A stretch of DNA of 64,000 nt, taken from an uncultured bacterium. Its GTDB lineage: Bacteria; Patescibacteriota; Minisyncoccia; Phycocordibacterales; GWA1-40-21. The stretch is taken from contig CAILDB010000003.1 of assembly GCA_903832855.1 (NCBI GenBank), positions 15,398-79,397 of the forward strand, read 5' to 3'. The translations under genes were made by a program, and so were the position numbers. This document shows positions 47,135 through 56,617 of this stretch, in pieces. The first letter of the stretch is position 1, and every line of letters begins with the position of its first letter. The notes beneath the pieces were generated by a model. It saw only the letters and a program-made list of their open reading frames with translations. It made no database searches and had not been told where the DNA came from.

Positions 47135-48637
47135 ATGGCCACCATAAAAGAAATAACCGACTTGATGGATCTACCATCAAAAGAAAATGTAGACCTCGTA
47201 ACAAAGGCCTATAATTTTGCTGAGAAAGCACACGAGGGACAGAAGAGATTTTCTGGTGAACCTTACTTTATCCATGTGTATGAGACTGCCAAAATTCTTG
47301 CGGAGATGAAAATGGATGCCGCCACTATTTCAGCTGGGCTTTTACACGACTCCATAGAAGATGGCGTCGCCACAGAAGAATGTATCAAGACAGAATTTGG
47401 TGATGAAATTTTATTTCTTGTAAATGGTGTAACAAAACTCGGAAAAGTTAAATACAGAGGTGCTGAAAGACACATTGAAAGTTTAAAAAAGTTTTTGGTT
47501 GCAATCGCACAGGATCTCAGGGTTTTGATTATTAAACTTGCGGACCGTCTTCACAATATGCGAACGCTTGAGTTTGTCCGTGAGGATAAACAGCAAAGAA
47601 TCGCACTCGAGACATTACAGATTTATGCTCCGCTCGCCTACCGACTTGGTATTAGAAAAGTATCTAGGGAACTTGAAGACTTAGCCTTCAAAAATTTAAA
47701 TCCGAAAGAATATGAGGAAACCCTTAAATTTGTAAAAGCAAAGAAAGAACAGGATTTACCAAAGCTGGAAAAATTTGTGAAATCCGTGAAAAAAGCTTTG
47801 GCATTAGAGGGATTCACTACAATAAAAACCGACTATAGGTTAAAAGGTATTTATAGTTTACACAGAAAGCTTGGAGAAAAAGGTCAAGACATAGATAAAG
47901 TTTATGACATTCTTGCCCTTAGAGTTTGCGTAGAAACAGTGGCGGACTGTTATGCCGTTCTAGGCATTATTCATGGCATCTGGAGGCCATTACCCGGAAG
48001 AATCAAGGATTACATCGCCTTTCCAAAGCCAAACGGCTACCAAAGCTTGCACACCACTATTTTTACTGGTGACGGCTCCATAGTAGAAGTGCAAATCAGG
48101 ACAAATGAAATGCATCAGAAAGCTGAGTACGGTATTGCCTCCCACATTGTTTACAAGGAAAATGGAAGTACCAAAAAAGCTGAAACTGTAAATTGGTTCA
48201 AATATTTTTTGCCAAAGTTTATCAACTTTGCAAAAACAAACGAGGAAAAAGATATTCCGGGGTGGGTGGCAGAACTTGCCGAATCAACCCGCGACAATAA
48301 TGGCGAAGATAAGGAAGACTACTTGGAGGATTTAAAGGCAGACGTTTTTTCACACAGAATTTTTATTTTTACTCCAAAAGGAGAAGTGGTAGACCTACCA
48401 GTAGGCTCAAGTATCCTTGATTACGCATATATGATCCACTCAGATATCGGCAACCATACCAATAGTGCTAAAATAAATGGCAAGATTGCGGCAATTAAAA
48501 CCGAATTAAAAAATGGTGATATTGTGGAAATCATTACAAAAGAAAGTAGTAAACCAAGTACAAAATGGATAGAAATGGTAAAGACTTCAATGGCAAAAAG
48601 ACACATTAAGGAATTTTTGGAGAAAGAGAAAAAGTGA
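47135..48637 (+). CDS. RelA/SpoT homolog (HD + synthetase + TGS, truncated C-terminus)
   Basis: LLHDSIED, KLADRLHNMRT, KPNGYQSLHT, EVQIRT, FTPKGEV..HSDIG. Confidence 0.93.
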   Translation: MATIKEITDLMDLPSKENVDLVTKAYNFAEKAHEGQKRFSGEPYFIHVYETAKILAEMKMDAATISAGLLHDSIEDGVATEECIKTEFGDEILFLVNGVTKLGKVKYRGAERHIESLKKFLVAIAQDLRVLIIKLADRLHNMRTLEFVREDKQQRIALETLQIYAPLAYRLGIRKVSRELEDLAFKNLNPKEYEETLKFVKAKKEQDLPKLEKFVKSVKKALALEGFTTIKTDYRLKGIYSLHRKLGEKGQDIDKVYDILALRVCVETVADCYAVLGIIHGIWRPLPGRIKDYIAFPKPNGYQSLHTTIFTGDGSIVEVQIRTNEMHQKAEYGIASHIVYKENGSTKKAETVNWFKYFLPKFINFAKTNEEKDIPGWVAELAESTRDNNGEDKEDYLEDLKADVFSHRIFIFTPKGEVVDLPVGSSILDYAYMIHSDIGNHTNSAKINGKIAAIKTELKNGDIVEIITKESSKPSTKWIEMVKTSMAKRHIKEFLEKEKK

Positions 48638-48638
48638 A

Positions 48639-49616
48639 CTAAATAGAAAAATTACTTACAGAATACAAATCATCATCTGCGGATTTTTTATCATCTGCCG
48701 ATCTATCATCCACAGGTGCTTCGGCGGGATTAATTGACAAACCTTCAATATGTTTCTCTAGCATTTCATTACCATTTTTCTTTTCGCCTTTTTGTCTTTC
48801 CACAACTTCAAGAATTGCACGCAAATCCTCATTTGAAAAATAATCTATTGTAATCTTTCCACCAATTTCTTTTTGCTCTATTTGAACTCTGGTACCAAAG
48901 GATTCTGTGAGCTTACCTTCAATTTCCATTATCACAGGGTCAAACATTCTCTCTTTCTTTCTGGCTCTTTCAAAAGCGATTTTTCTGGCAACAAGCTCAG
49001 CCTCTCTGACAGTCATTTTCTTATAAATAATTTCTCGGAACACTGTTTCCTGCTCTTCTTTCCTGTCAGCAAGCATAAGAAGGGGTCTGGTATGACCTTC
49101 GGAAATTTTACCTGCAGAAAGTGCCTCAAGCATATGTTCCGGCAAATCAAGAATTCTTAAACTGTTTGAAACATATTCTCTACTTTTACCGATTTTTTGT
49201 GCAACTTGAATGTGTTTAAATCCAAATTCATCTGTAAGTTTTTTAAATGCCTTTGCCCTATCCACAGCATTCAAATCTTCTCTTTGTAAATTTTCAATAA
49301 TTGCAAGTTCAAGTTTCATCAAATCGCTTTCATCAGAAGAACGAATGACCACCGGCACTTGAGCAATCCCTGCGAGCTTGGAAGCGCGCAATCTTCTCTC
49401 ACCGGAAATAAGCTCGTACTCCACAGCAAGTCCACCCTCCTCGGTTTGAATTTCTTTTCTCGTCACAACAAGAGGCTGTAGCACACCATACTGTTTGATG
49501 GAGTCCGCAAGATCTCGCAGTCGTGCTTCATCAAACTCCTTCCTCGGCTGAAAAGGATTTGGATTTACTTTTCCCGTATCTACCCAAAAAATTGAATCGC
49601 TATAAAATTGTGTCAT
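48639..49616 (-). CDS. parB: ParB/Spo0J partition protein
   Basis: NPFQPRKEF, GVLQPLVV, GERRLRA, IENLQREDL, ISEGH. Confidence 0.95.
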   Translation of the reverse strand: MTQFYSDSIFWVDTGKVNPNPFQPRKEFDEARLRDLADSIKQYGVLQPLVVTRKEIQTEEGGLAVEYELISGERRLRASKLAGIAQVPVVIRSSDESDLMKLELAIIENLQREDLNAVDRAKAFKKLTDEFGFKHIQVAQKIGKSREYVSNSLRILDLPEHMLEALSAGKISEGHTRPLLMLADRKEEQETVFREIIYKKMTVREAELVARKIAFERARKKERMFDPVIMEIEGKLTESFGTRVQIEQKEIGGKITIDYFSNEDLRAILEVVERQKGEKKNGNEMLEKHIEGLSINPAEAPVDDRSADDKKSADDDLYSVSNFSI

Positions 49617-49715
49617 GTTGTTTAATTATTTGTCTTCTATTTTAGCACAAATTTTTCAAAACAAGAAAGTCCCCGCGCTTTATTTTTTCACAGAAATAAG
49701 CTATATTATAAGTAC

Positions 49716-49801
49716 GCCAGAGTGTTGAAATGGTAAACAAACTCGACTCAAAATCGAGCGCTCGTAAGGGCTTGTGGGTTCAAGTCCCACCTCTGGCACC
49801 A
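49716..49801 (+). tRNA. tRNA-Leu(CAA)
   Basis: GCCAGAG/CTCTGGC acceptor, CTCGA-CT-CAA-AA-TCGAG, long variable arm, encoded CCA. Confidence 0.95.
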
Positions 49802-49808
49802 GAACAAA

Positions 49809-50708
49809 ATGAAACCTAAAATTCTTGTAATCCTCGGCCCCACGGCCACAGGCAAAAGTGACCTTGCGGTGGATTTGGCTTTGAAATTTAACGGCGAAAT
49901 TATTTCTGCGGATTCAAGACAAGTTTACAAAGGAATGGATCTCGGTACAGGGAAAATTACAAAAAATGAAATGCTGGGTGTTCCCCACTATATGTTGGAC
50001 ATTGTAAATCCAAAAACTGTTTACAATGTTGCAAAATATAAAGCTAGAGCCGACAAAATAATTGCCGACATAATCAAAAGAGGAAAACTGCCAATAATTT
50101 GTGGAGGTACAGGTTTTTACATTGATTCGGTGGTCAAAAATATTACTCTGCCAGATGTTCCACCAAACGACAAACTCAGAGAAAAACTGGAGAAAGAAAG
50201 CATCGAAAAATTACTGAAGCTCCTAAATAAACTTGATCCTGAAATTTCCAAAACAATTGATTCAAAAAACAAAAGAAAGATAATTCGTGCTATTGAAATA
50301 GCAAAAGTTCTTGGAAAAGTTCCACCTATTAAAACGGAGTCAAGATACGATGCAATTCAAATTGGCCTTATAGCACCTGATCAAATCCTAAAAGATAGAA
50401 TATTTAAACGCCTTGTCAAGAGGATTGACATCGGCATGCTCAAAGAGGGGCAAAGACTTCACAAACAAGGTTTGAGTTTCAAAAGAATGGAAGCTCTGGG
50501 ACTAGAATACAGATATATGGCGAGATATTTGAGTGGACAAATTACGAAGGAACAAATGATTACCGAACTCAATTCAAAAATCTGGCAATTCGCCCGTCGC
50601 CAAAAAACTTGGTTTAAAAGAAACAAGCAAATATACTGGTTTGATATTATAAAAAAGAATAGTATAATTAAAGTCAATAATATTGTAAATAAGTTTTTAA
50701 AAGCGTAG
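49809..50708 (+). CDS. miaA: tRNA dimethylallyltransferase
   Basis: GPTATGKS, SADSRQVYKGMD, GGTGFY, ARRQKTWF. Confidence 0.97.
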   Translation: MKPKILVILGPTATGKSDLAVDLALKFNGEIISADSRQVYKGMDLGTGKITKNEMLGVPHYMLDIVNPKTVYNVAKYKARADKIIADIIKRGKLPIICGGTGFYIDSVVKNITLPDVPPNDKLREKLEKESIEKLLKLLNKLDPEISKTIDSKNKRKIIRAIEIAKVLGKVPPIKTESRYDAIQIGLIAPDQILKDRIFKRLVKRIDIGMLKEGQRLHKQGLSFKRMEALGLEYRYMARYLSGQITKEQMITELNSKIWQFARRQKTWFKRNKQIYWFDIIKKNSIIKVNNIVNKFLKA

Positions 50709-50746
50709 TCCCGTAGTAAGAAATTCTTATTTCTTTACTACTGGGA
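50709..50746. repeat. Short TCCCGTAGT...ACTACTGGGA element
   Basis: Same termini as the MITE-like family; starts right after miaA stop. Confidence 0.65.
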
Positions 50747-50756
50747 TAAAGAAAAA

Positions 50757-50984
50757 ATAACAGAAGCGTTAGGATGGTATGGCGTTGTGGCGGTTGTGGG
50801 AGCCTATGCTCTGCTCAGTCTGGGCTTCGTAAACAGCGATTCCCTTTTCTTTCAATTATTAAACCTTACTGGTGCTATCGGAATTGCGATTGATGCTTAT
50901 TATGACAAAGATACTCAGCCAGTGGTTCTAAATGTAATTTGGGCAATAATAGCAATCATTGCAATAGTGAAAATACTTTTTTAG
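50757..50984 (+). CDS. Small membrane protein (CBU_0592-like); start codon uncertain
   Basis: (KEK)ITEALGWYGVVAVVGAYALLS..FQLLNLTGA..QPVVLNVIWAIIA; no in-frame ATG. Confidence 0.6.
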   Translation: MTEALGWYGVVAVVGAYALLSLGFVNSDSLFFQLLNLTGAIGIAIDAYYDKDTQPVVLNVIWAIIAIIAIVKILF

Positions 50985-51025
50985 AGTTTATTTATTAATG
51001 ATTTTGTGCTATATTTTACTGGCAC

Positions 51026-51096
51026 GGGAGATTAGTGAAATGGTATCACAAGGCACTCCAAACGCTTTAGTGGGGGTTCGATTCCTCCATCTCCCG
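51026..51096 (+). tRNA. tRNA-Trp(CCA)
   Basis: GGGAGAT/ATCTCCC acceptor, G discriminator, CT-CCA-AA loop, GGGGG-TTCGATT-CCTCC. Confidence 0.9.
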
Positions 51097-51222
51097 CAAA
51101 AAATCTCATTTATGAGTTTTTTTATGGAGGAATCGAAGACCGGAGCGCGACGGCGCGAGGCGGGGTCGAGCAAATTTTCAGCAGAAAATTATGCGTGACC
51201 GAACTTCCTACATCTCCCGCAA
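51097..51222 (+). mobile_element. tRNA-linked mini-element with duplicated tRNA 3' end
   Basis: TTCCT(C/A)CATCTCCCGCAA at 51082-51099 and 51205-51222; core homologous to 17257-17331. Confidence 0.7.
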
Positions 51223-51480
51223 TAATCAAAAAGCCCCGCGTAATCGCGGGGCCTTTTGAATTGATTATTTTTTTACTTCCTTGTGCGGAGTTGATTTTCT
51301 GCACCATTTGCAAAACTTCTTGAGCTCAATTTTGCGCTCAACTTTTTTCTTGTTTTTTCTGCTCCAATAATTGACCCTTTTACAGGTTTTGCAAGCAAGT
51401 TTGATTAATTGTATTTGTGACATAATTTAAATGTTAGGTGTCTAATATAACTTAAATTGAGATAAAATGCAAATCCTAAA

Positions 51481-53160
51481 TTACAATTCAATAGTTTCCG
51501 GAACCACAGTCTTGACCCTCCAAAACTTCTTGTGAAGTGTTTGCCCAGTCTCTTCAAGCTCCTTGCTACCCAAAAGATGCAGAATAATAACACCAGAAAT
51601 AATACCGATAATTCCGGAAAAGAATCCCTGACTCAAAATTCCAAGGAAAGTATTAATATGAAAGATTTTAACAAAAATATTCAAACACAAATAGGAAACA
51701 GCCCCCATTATCACTGAAGCTGAAAAACTCTGAAAAAGCACACCAAGGACATTCCCTGAAAAACCTTTAAAATCTTTTTCAAACATAAGCCAAAGCATTA
51801 TGCAGTTTATGATACTTGCGAGTGAAAAGCCAAGCGCAAGCATCAAAACAGAAGTATCGGCGAGCCCGTCCACCCTGAAAAGATGTTCTATAAAATATTT
51901 GAAGAAAAGTGATGAATTAAAAAGTTGAACCAATCCGAATGAAAAAGCTATGGTAAATACACCGGATAAAACACTAGTCCAAAGAGATTTACTCGTATTC
52001 CCCATCGCATAATATCCACGGACAAAAAGAAGTACTAGTGACTGTGCAACCACAGAAATTGAAAAAATGGCAAGGGTCGCAGCCACAAGCTTTGTGCTAG
52101 ACCAATCAAAATTCCCCGCTCCATAAATAACCCTGACTATTTGTGCACGAAGGACAATAAACAAAATACTTATCGGTACAGACCAAAAGATAATGTGTCT
52201 TGCACCAGTAATAATATGACTCAAAAAAGTCTCTCTGTTACCATCTGCAAAAAGTTTTGAAAGCATTGGAAAAGCTGCGATGGAATAACTTACACCAATT
52301 ATAGATAGCGGTACTGATTGTAAATTAAAAGCAAAATTAAAAACGGTAATTGAACCACTTTCCATAAGAGATGCGATACCAAGAAGAATAAGTACGGAAA
52401 ACTGTGACATTCCCAAAGTAATAGTTCGTGGTATAGAAACAATGACTATTTTTTTGACTTCCTGCCAGTTAATTTTGATTGATTTTAATGAGAAAATTCC
52501 GCTAGCCGAAACGAACGGAAGTTGAATGGCTAAATGCATAAGTGCACCCAGAATTACTCCATAAACAAGGCCGTAAATACCATAGATTGGATAGAAAAAG
52601 ACAATACCAATAATTATTCCTAAATTATAAAAAATTGGGCTAAGAGCATAAATCAAAAATCTTTTTCCTATCTGAGTAATACTCGCAAAGAAGTTTGAAA
52701 AACCAAGAAGAATTGGTGACAAAAGAAGAATTCTTGTCATCAAAATAAGTTCTGCTAGATGAGGACTGTTCTGCATTCCCTTAAAAATAAATGGGATAAG
52801 ATATGGAATCAAGAAAAATGCAATAATGCTTGTTGTAACAATTAAAATAGCAAAAAAGGAAAAGATACTGCCGATAAATTTTTTAGCATCTTCACTGCTT
52901 TGATTCATCTTTTCTGTAATAAACGGGATAAGAACCGAAAGAGAAACAATAGACGCAACAGAAACAAAAATAAAATCAGGAATTCTAAAAGAAGAATAAT
53001 AAATATCCAAAAATTGTCCAGTACCAAAAGATGATGCGAGCATTCTATCTCGAACGAGTCCTAAAATTTGAGACATTAAAGCAAAAAGCCCTAGCAAATA
53101 TGCCGCCTCGTGCAAGCCGTTTATTTCTCTATAAAAAACCTTGAAAAATCTTTTGACCAT
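51481..53160 (-). CDS. murJ: Lipid II flippase MurJ
   Basis: LGLVRD, SFRIPD, SPIFYNLG, AFNLQSVP, many TMs. Confidence 0.93.
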   Translation of the reverse strand: MVKRFFKVFYREINGLHEAAYLLGLFALMSQILGLVRDRMLASSFGTGQFLDIYYSSFRIPDFIFVSVASIVSLSVLIPFITEKMNQSSEDAKKFIGSIFSFFAILIVTTSIIAFFLIPYLIPFIFKGMQNSPHLAELILMTRILLLSPILLGFSNFFASITQIGKRFLIYALSPIFYNLGIIIGIVFFYPIYGIYGLVYGVILGALMHLAIQLPFVSASGIFSLKSIKINWQEVKKIVIVSIPRTITLGMSQFSVLILLGIASLMESGSITVFNFAFNLQSVPLSIIGVSYSIAAFPMLSKLFADGNRETFLSHIITGARHIIFWSVPISILFIVLRAQIVRVIYGAGNFDWSSTKLVAATLAIFSISVVAQSLVLLFVRGYYAMGNTSKSLWTSVLSGVFTIAFSFGLVQLFNSSLFFKYFIEHLFRVDGLADTSVLMLALGFSLASIINCIMLWLMFEKDFKGFSGNVLGVLFQSFSASVIMGAVSYLCLNIFVKIFHINTFLGILSQGFFSGIIGIISGVIILHLLGSKELEETGQTLHKKFWRVKTVVPETIEL

Positions 53161-53259
53161 TTTACCCTAAAAAATTAAATTTATATCTTAGTTAGTATAA
53201 ATAAAAAATGACATAAAAGCAAAGTTCCACCTGTTGTAGGTGGAACTTCGTTGTATTGC

Positions 53260-53627
53260 CCTTGCGCCTATAAGCCGAATTCTGTCCACTCGTTTTTACA
53301 CGAGATGTACGATTATTTGTCTGGGCCAAATGTTGCCACTTGGCTCGTGCGACAACTCCTCTTGCGAGGCACGTGTCTTGCTCTCAGGTAAGGATTTAGC
53401 CGTTGCATTTTTGCCTTTCGACAAAACTATTCCCGAAGGAACCCTAGCCTTTCGGCATCGGCGTTTCTGTTCGCACCTCTTAGATTTCTCTATGCGGGCG
53501 TTACCCGCTACCCTTGTTCGCGGAATTTTTCGGCTCTGTCTCAGAGCCAAAAAATTCCGCGAGCCGAGAGTTCGGACTTTCCTCCAAACATCACCGAAGT
53601 GATGTTCAGCAATCGTCCAGCGCAATG
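53260..53627 (-). ncRNA. rnpB: RNase P RNA
   Basis: - strand GGAGGAAAGTCCGAACT near 5' end and ACAGAATTCGGCTTATA near 3' end; P1 TTGCGC/GCGCAA. Confidence 0.95.
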
Positions 53628-53677
53628 GCAAAAAACATAATATCATAGCCCCCAAAATAACGCAAGTTTTACCTTGA

Positions 53678-53814
53678 CCCCGTAGTAGATTTTTGGCTTG
53701 ATTTTTTTTGGGCCGACACGAGTATTCTATCCATATTTATAGCCATTTTTTATATTTTGATACACAATTGCTTAGTTGAAAAAAATCGGCCAAAGCCAAA
53801 AATTCACTACAGAG
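53678..53814. mobile_element. MITE-like CCCCGTAGT element with TTGA duplication
   Basis: TTGA-CCCCGTAGTAGATTTTTGGCTT...AAGCCAAAAATTCACTACAGAG-TTGA(CT). Confidence 0.7.
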
Positions 53815-53932
53815 TTGACTTTTAACCTCAAAGGTGCTATTATCTAACTTGGAGTTCTTTGACACAAAAAGTGTCAGTAGAAGCTAAAAATGTCGGTAAA
53901 CAAAAGTGCGAAAGCACAAAGGAGAAGACGCA

Positions 53933-55183
53933 ATGAAAACGCTAGTATTCACGCTGTTCTTGATCTGTGCAATTATTATTGTACTTGCACCATTCGTGCT
54001 AATTGTAATGTGGGCCTATAAAAAGGCAGACATTCCACTTGGGCCAGAGACAAACTGGTTCGCTAAATGCCGCCCTGGTAAGTTTATGGGCGTCCTCTTA
54101 GGAGGAGACATCTCGAAATGGTTGAGTAATGTAAATGGGTTGAGCATAAAAGGTAAGGAAGGAATGTTCACCTATAACGAGGGTGACGACCCTACCATCA
54201 AGTTGATCGAGTCTGAGAATGAGGAAGAAGGTGGCAAAATCGGTCATCTTCCAAAACGCTTCTATGAGGCTCTGAATCAACCGCCCAAAAGAACATCGCT
54301 AGCCATGTCTGGTATCCATTGGATCTGGTTTAAACCAGTTGGTGGAATTCTTAAGAAGATGTCTAGGTGGCTCGAGTGGGTGGAAGTCTTGTCGGACGAA
54401 AAGAAAGACAAGAAAGAGACAGGGAAGAGTAACCAGATACTTGCGCAAAGAGTGAAACTACGCGAGGAGTTCATTTGGGACTTCTCCATCGGAATGCAGG
54501 TGTTGATGGTTGCTCTCGATATTGAGGCTGGTAAGGCAGACCCTGTAACTACGGGGGGCAAGAAAATGATTGGGGATCTGGTGGCTGAAAAAATCGCACT
54601 AGATTTCTATGCCGTGTTCACAGTGTACATCCTTTGCCCGTACAAGGCGGTGATCATCGCTGACTGGGTCAAGGCACTGAAAGCAGAATGGGAAGCAGTT
54701 TGTACAGATTATGCAAAGGCACATTCTGTTGATCAAGCCTTCATGAAGGAGCATCTCGATACAGAAGTCATCGATAAACTCTTCCAGAGTAACCCGAAAC
54801 TCCTCCAGAAGTACGGGTTCGTGATTGGCAATATTCAGTACGAAGGTGCTGGATTTAGCGGAGATAACGAAAAATTCCGTGATGCTAGTGGTATGGCATG
54901 GATGGCTCAACAGGAAGCTGCGGCGATTAAAACCAAGGCAGATGCTTCTGCTTATGAGATATTAACCAAAGCAACTGCAACAGGAAAAGCGAACAGGCTA
55001 GAAATAGCCGGCCTTCTAAAAAACCCAGAAATGGGGAAAGCGCTATTGTGGCAACGCGCCGTCAGCGGTCACAAAGGACCTTTGTTCCTCGGAAAAGGGT
55101 CCGGAAATGGCATGCTGATACAAGACACAGCGGAGAAGGAGCCCGCTCCTGTACCCACAACAAAAGAAGGAGTTAAGAAATGA
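53933..55183 (+). CDS. Divergent SPFH/band-7-like membrane protein
   Basis: N-terminal TM, GIHWIWFKP, YGFVIGNIQ, Ala-rich AQQEAAAIKTKADA coil; AAAGGAG SD before ATG 53933. Confidence 0.6.
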   Translation: MKTLVFTLFLICAIIIVLAPFVLIVMWAYKKADIPLGPETNWFAKCRPGKFMGVLLGGDISKWLSNVNGLSIKGKEGMFTYNEGDDPTIKLIESENEEEGGKIGHLPKRFYEALNQPPKRTSLAMSGIHWIWFKPVGGILKKMSRWLEWVEVLSDEKKDKKETGKSNQILAQRVKLREEFIWDFSIGMQVLMVALDIEAGKADPVTTGGKKMIGDLVAEKIALDFYAVFTVYILCPYKAVIIADWVKALKAEWEAVCTDYAKAHSVDQAFMKEHLDTEVIDKLFQSNPKLLQKYGFVIGNIQYEGAGFSGDNEKFRDASGMAWMAQQEAAAIKTKADASAYEILTKATATGKANRLEIAGLLKNPEMGKALLWQRAVSGHKGPLFLGKGSGNGMLIQDTAEKEPAPVPTTKEGVKK

Positions 55184-56187
55184 TAGCAAACATGTGGAGT
55201 ATGATATCCCCATGGATATGGTGGGTATTTACAATCACCATTGTGGTGCTTGTGACCTATCTTTGCTGGTGGTTCCGACATGTCATACGAAAAAAGTGGC
55301 AGTGGATTGTGAAGGTTCCATGGGGTCTCTTCATAAAACCAATTGGTCACAGTGTGAAGATAAAAATAAGCGAAAAGTTTTCGCGTCTTCGCACAAAGGT
55401 GCCGGTCATGACGATCAAGCAACCCGAGAAGAAGTTCTCGTGGTGGTTGCTAATCGGTGTAGGGTTCCTTGTCCTCATCATTTGGGGACTCTGGCGCCTT
55501 GCACTTAAAGTCGTGGGTCTTGGACACACGATAGCATCAGGAGGAAATGGTGGCTGGGGTATGTTGTGGGTACTGCTGCCCATAGCCATTGCAGGATTCC
55601 TGGTTGTACAACTGGTCCGTGTGTTCAAGCCAGCCAAAAGGAAAGAAGAAAAAAAAGCCGACGAGCTGGCAGATGAACAGACCAATAGACTGAGAGGAAA
55701 AGATTCCGCCAAGTCGAAAGTCGGCTGGGTGGGAGTGATTCTCAAGGTAGTAGGTTGGTTGATTCTCGCCGGCCTTGTGGTTGATATGGTCTCATATGTG
55801 AGATCGTGTAATGATGATAAGGTCAGGGTTGAAATGGCGCAGGTACAGGAGCAAGAAAAATCAACCCTTGGTGATTGGACATACTCATGGGAGTTACCAC
55901 CCGAGGGAGGTATTGGTTCCTGCCAAATAATAGAAAAGGGCTGGTGCAAGGCCCGAGTTCAAGAAGATAACATCAACCAGTGGCTGATCGTCGCATCCGA
56001 CGAATACAAACATAAAATCCATATGGTTGGAAAAAGAAATGGAGAAAAAGGGTCTGGACACTGGACCCAAAATACAGGTGAGTATGGAGATTGGGAATTA
56101 GAGAGGGTTTCTCGAAGAAGATGGGAGGGTTGGGCAACCACCTCAGAACATCCGGGAAAAAAGTTAGACATTGCCCTCTACAAATAA
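55180..56187 (+). CDS. Trp-rich multi-TM hypothetical protein, coupled to upstream gene
   Basis: ATGA overlap, AAGGAG SD, four hydrophobic segments, beta-rich C-terminal domain. Confidence 0.7.
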   Translation: MIANMWSMISPWIWWVFTITIVVLVTYLCWWFRHVIRKKWQWIVKVPWGLFIKPIGHSVKIKISEKFSRLRTKVPVMTIKQPEKKFSWWLLIGVGFLVLIIWGLWRLALKVVGLGHTIASGGNGGWGMLWVLLPIAIAGFLVVQLVRVFKPAKRKEEKKADELADEQTNRLRGKDSAKSKVGWVGVILKVVGWLILAGLVVDMVSYVRSCNDDKVRVEMAQVQEQEKSTLGDWTYSWELPPEGGIGSCQIIEKGWCKARVQEDNINQWLIVASDEYKHKIHMVGKRNGEKGSGHWTQNTGEYGDWELERVSRRRWEGWATTSEHPGKKLDIALYK

Positions 56188-56251
56188 AGCAACCGGGACT
56201 GCCAGACATTCGTGTCTAGGCAGTCCCTTTTTTTGTAAAAAATTTGTTTTA

Positions 56252-56296
56252 CAAAATACAAAACAGCCCGCCTGAGGCGGGCTGTTTTGTATTTTA
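56252..56296. terminator. Bidirectional terminator hairpin
   Basis: AAAATACAAAACAGCCCGCC-TGA-GGCGGGCTGTTTTGTATTTT between convergent genes. Confidence 0.75.
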
Positions 56297-56303
56297 CTTT
56301 TTC

Positions 56304-56567
56304 TTAACCCTTTATTGTCCCCAAAATAAGATTTATTATTCCCAATACAGAAAACATTATGGCCATACCTACAAGACCCCATATCATACTACTCTTGCCA
56401 TTTTTCCTACCTTCTTCACTATCCGCTTTCCAAAGAAATTGTAATACACCATAAATAAAATAAACTGTCGCTAGACCAAACAGTACCCAAAGAATAGGCT
56501 CAATAATTTGAGTATTTATATTCTTCAAAAGTTGGTCAAAACTAATTCCTACAGTAGCAAAATTCAT
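56304..56567 (-). CDS. TrbC/VirB2-like pilin
   Basis: Two TMs joined by EEGRKNGKSSMIWGLVG loop. Confidence 0.7.
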   Translation of the reverse strand: MNFATVGISFDQLLKNINTQIIEPILWVLFGLATVYFIYGVLQFLWKADSEEGRKNGKSSMIWGLVGMAIMFSVLGIINLILGTIKG

Positions 56568-56617
56568 TTTGTTTAATGTAATTTCAAATTAATGAGAAAG
56601 AAAATTTTGTACGAGAA

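Noticed and set aside
51026-51096. tRNA-Trp as UGA suppressor (U11-A24, A31-C39 mismatch) or recoded genome
   Set aside because: A24 is common in native tRNA-Trp, and conserved genes here have no in-frame TGA while some (lysS, RelA/SpoT homolog) end with TGA
53240-53655. ORFs 53240-53602 and 53296-53655
   Set aside because: Overlap RNase P RNA
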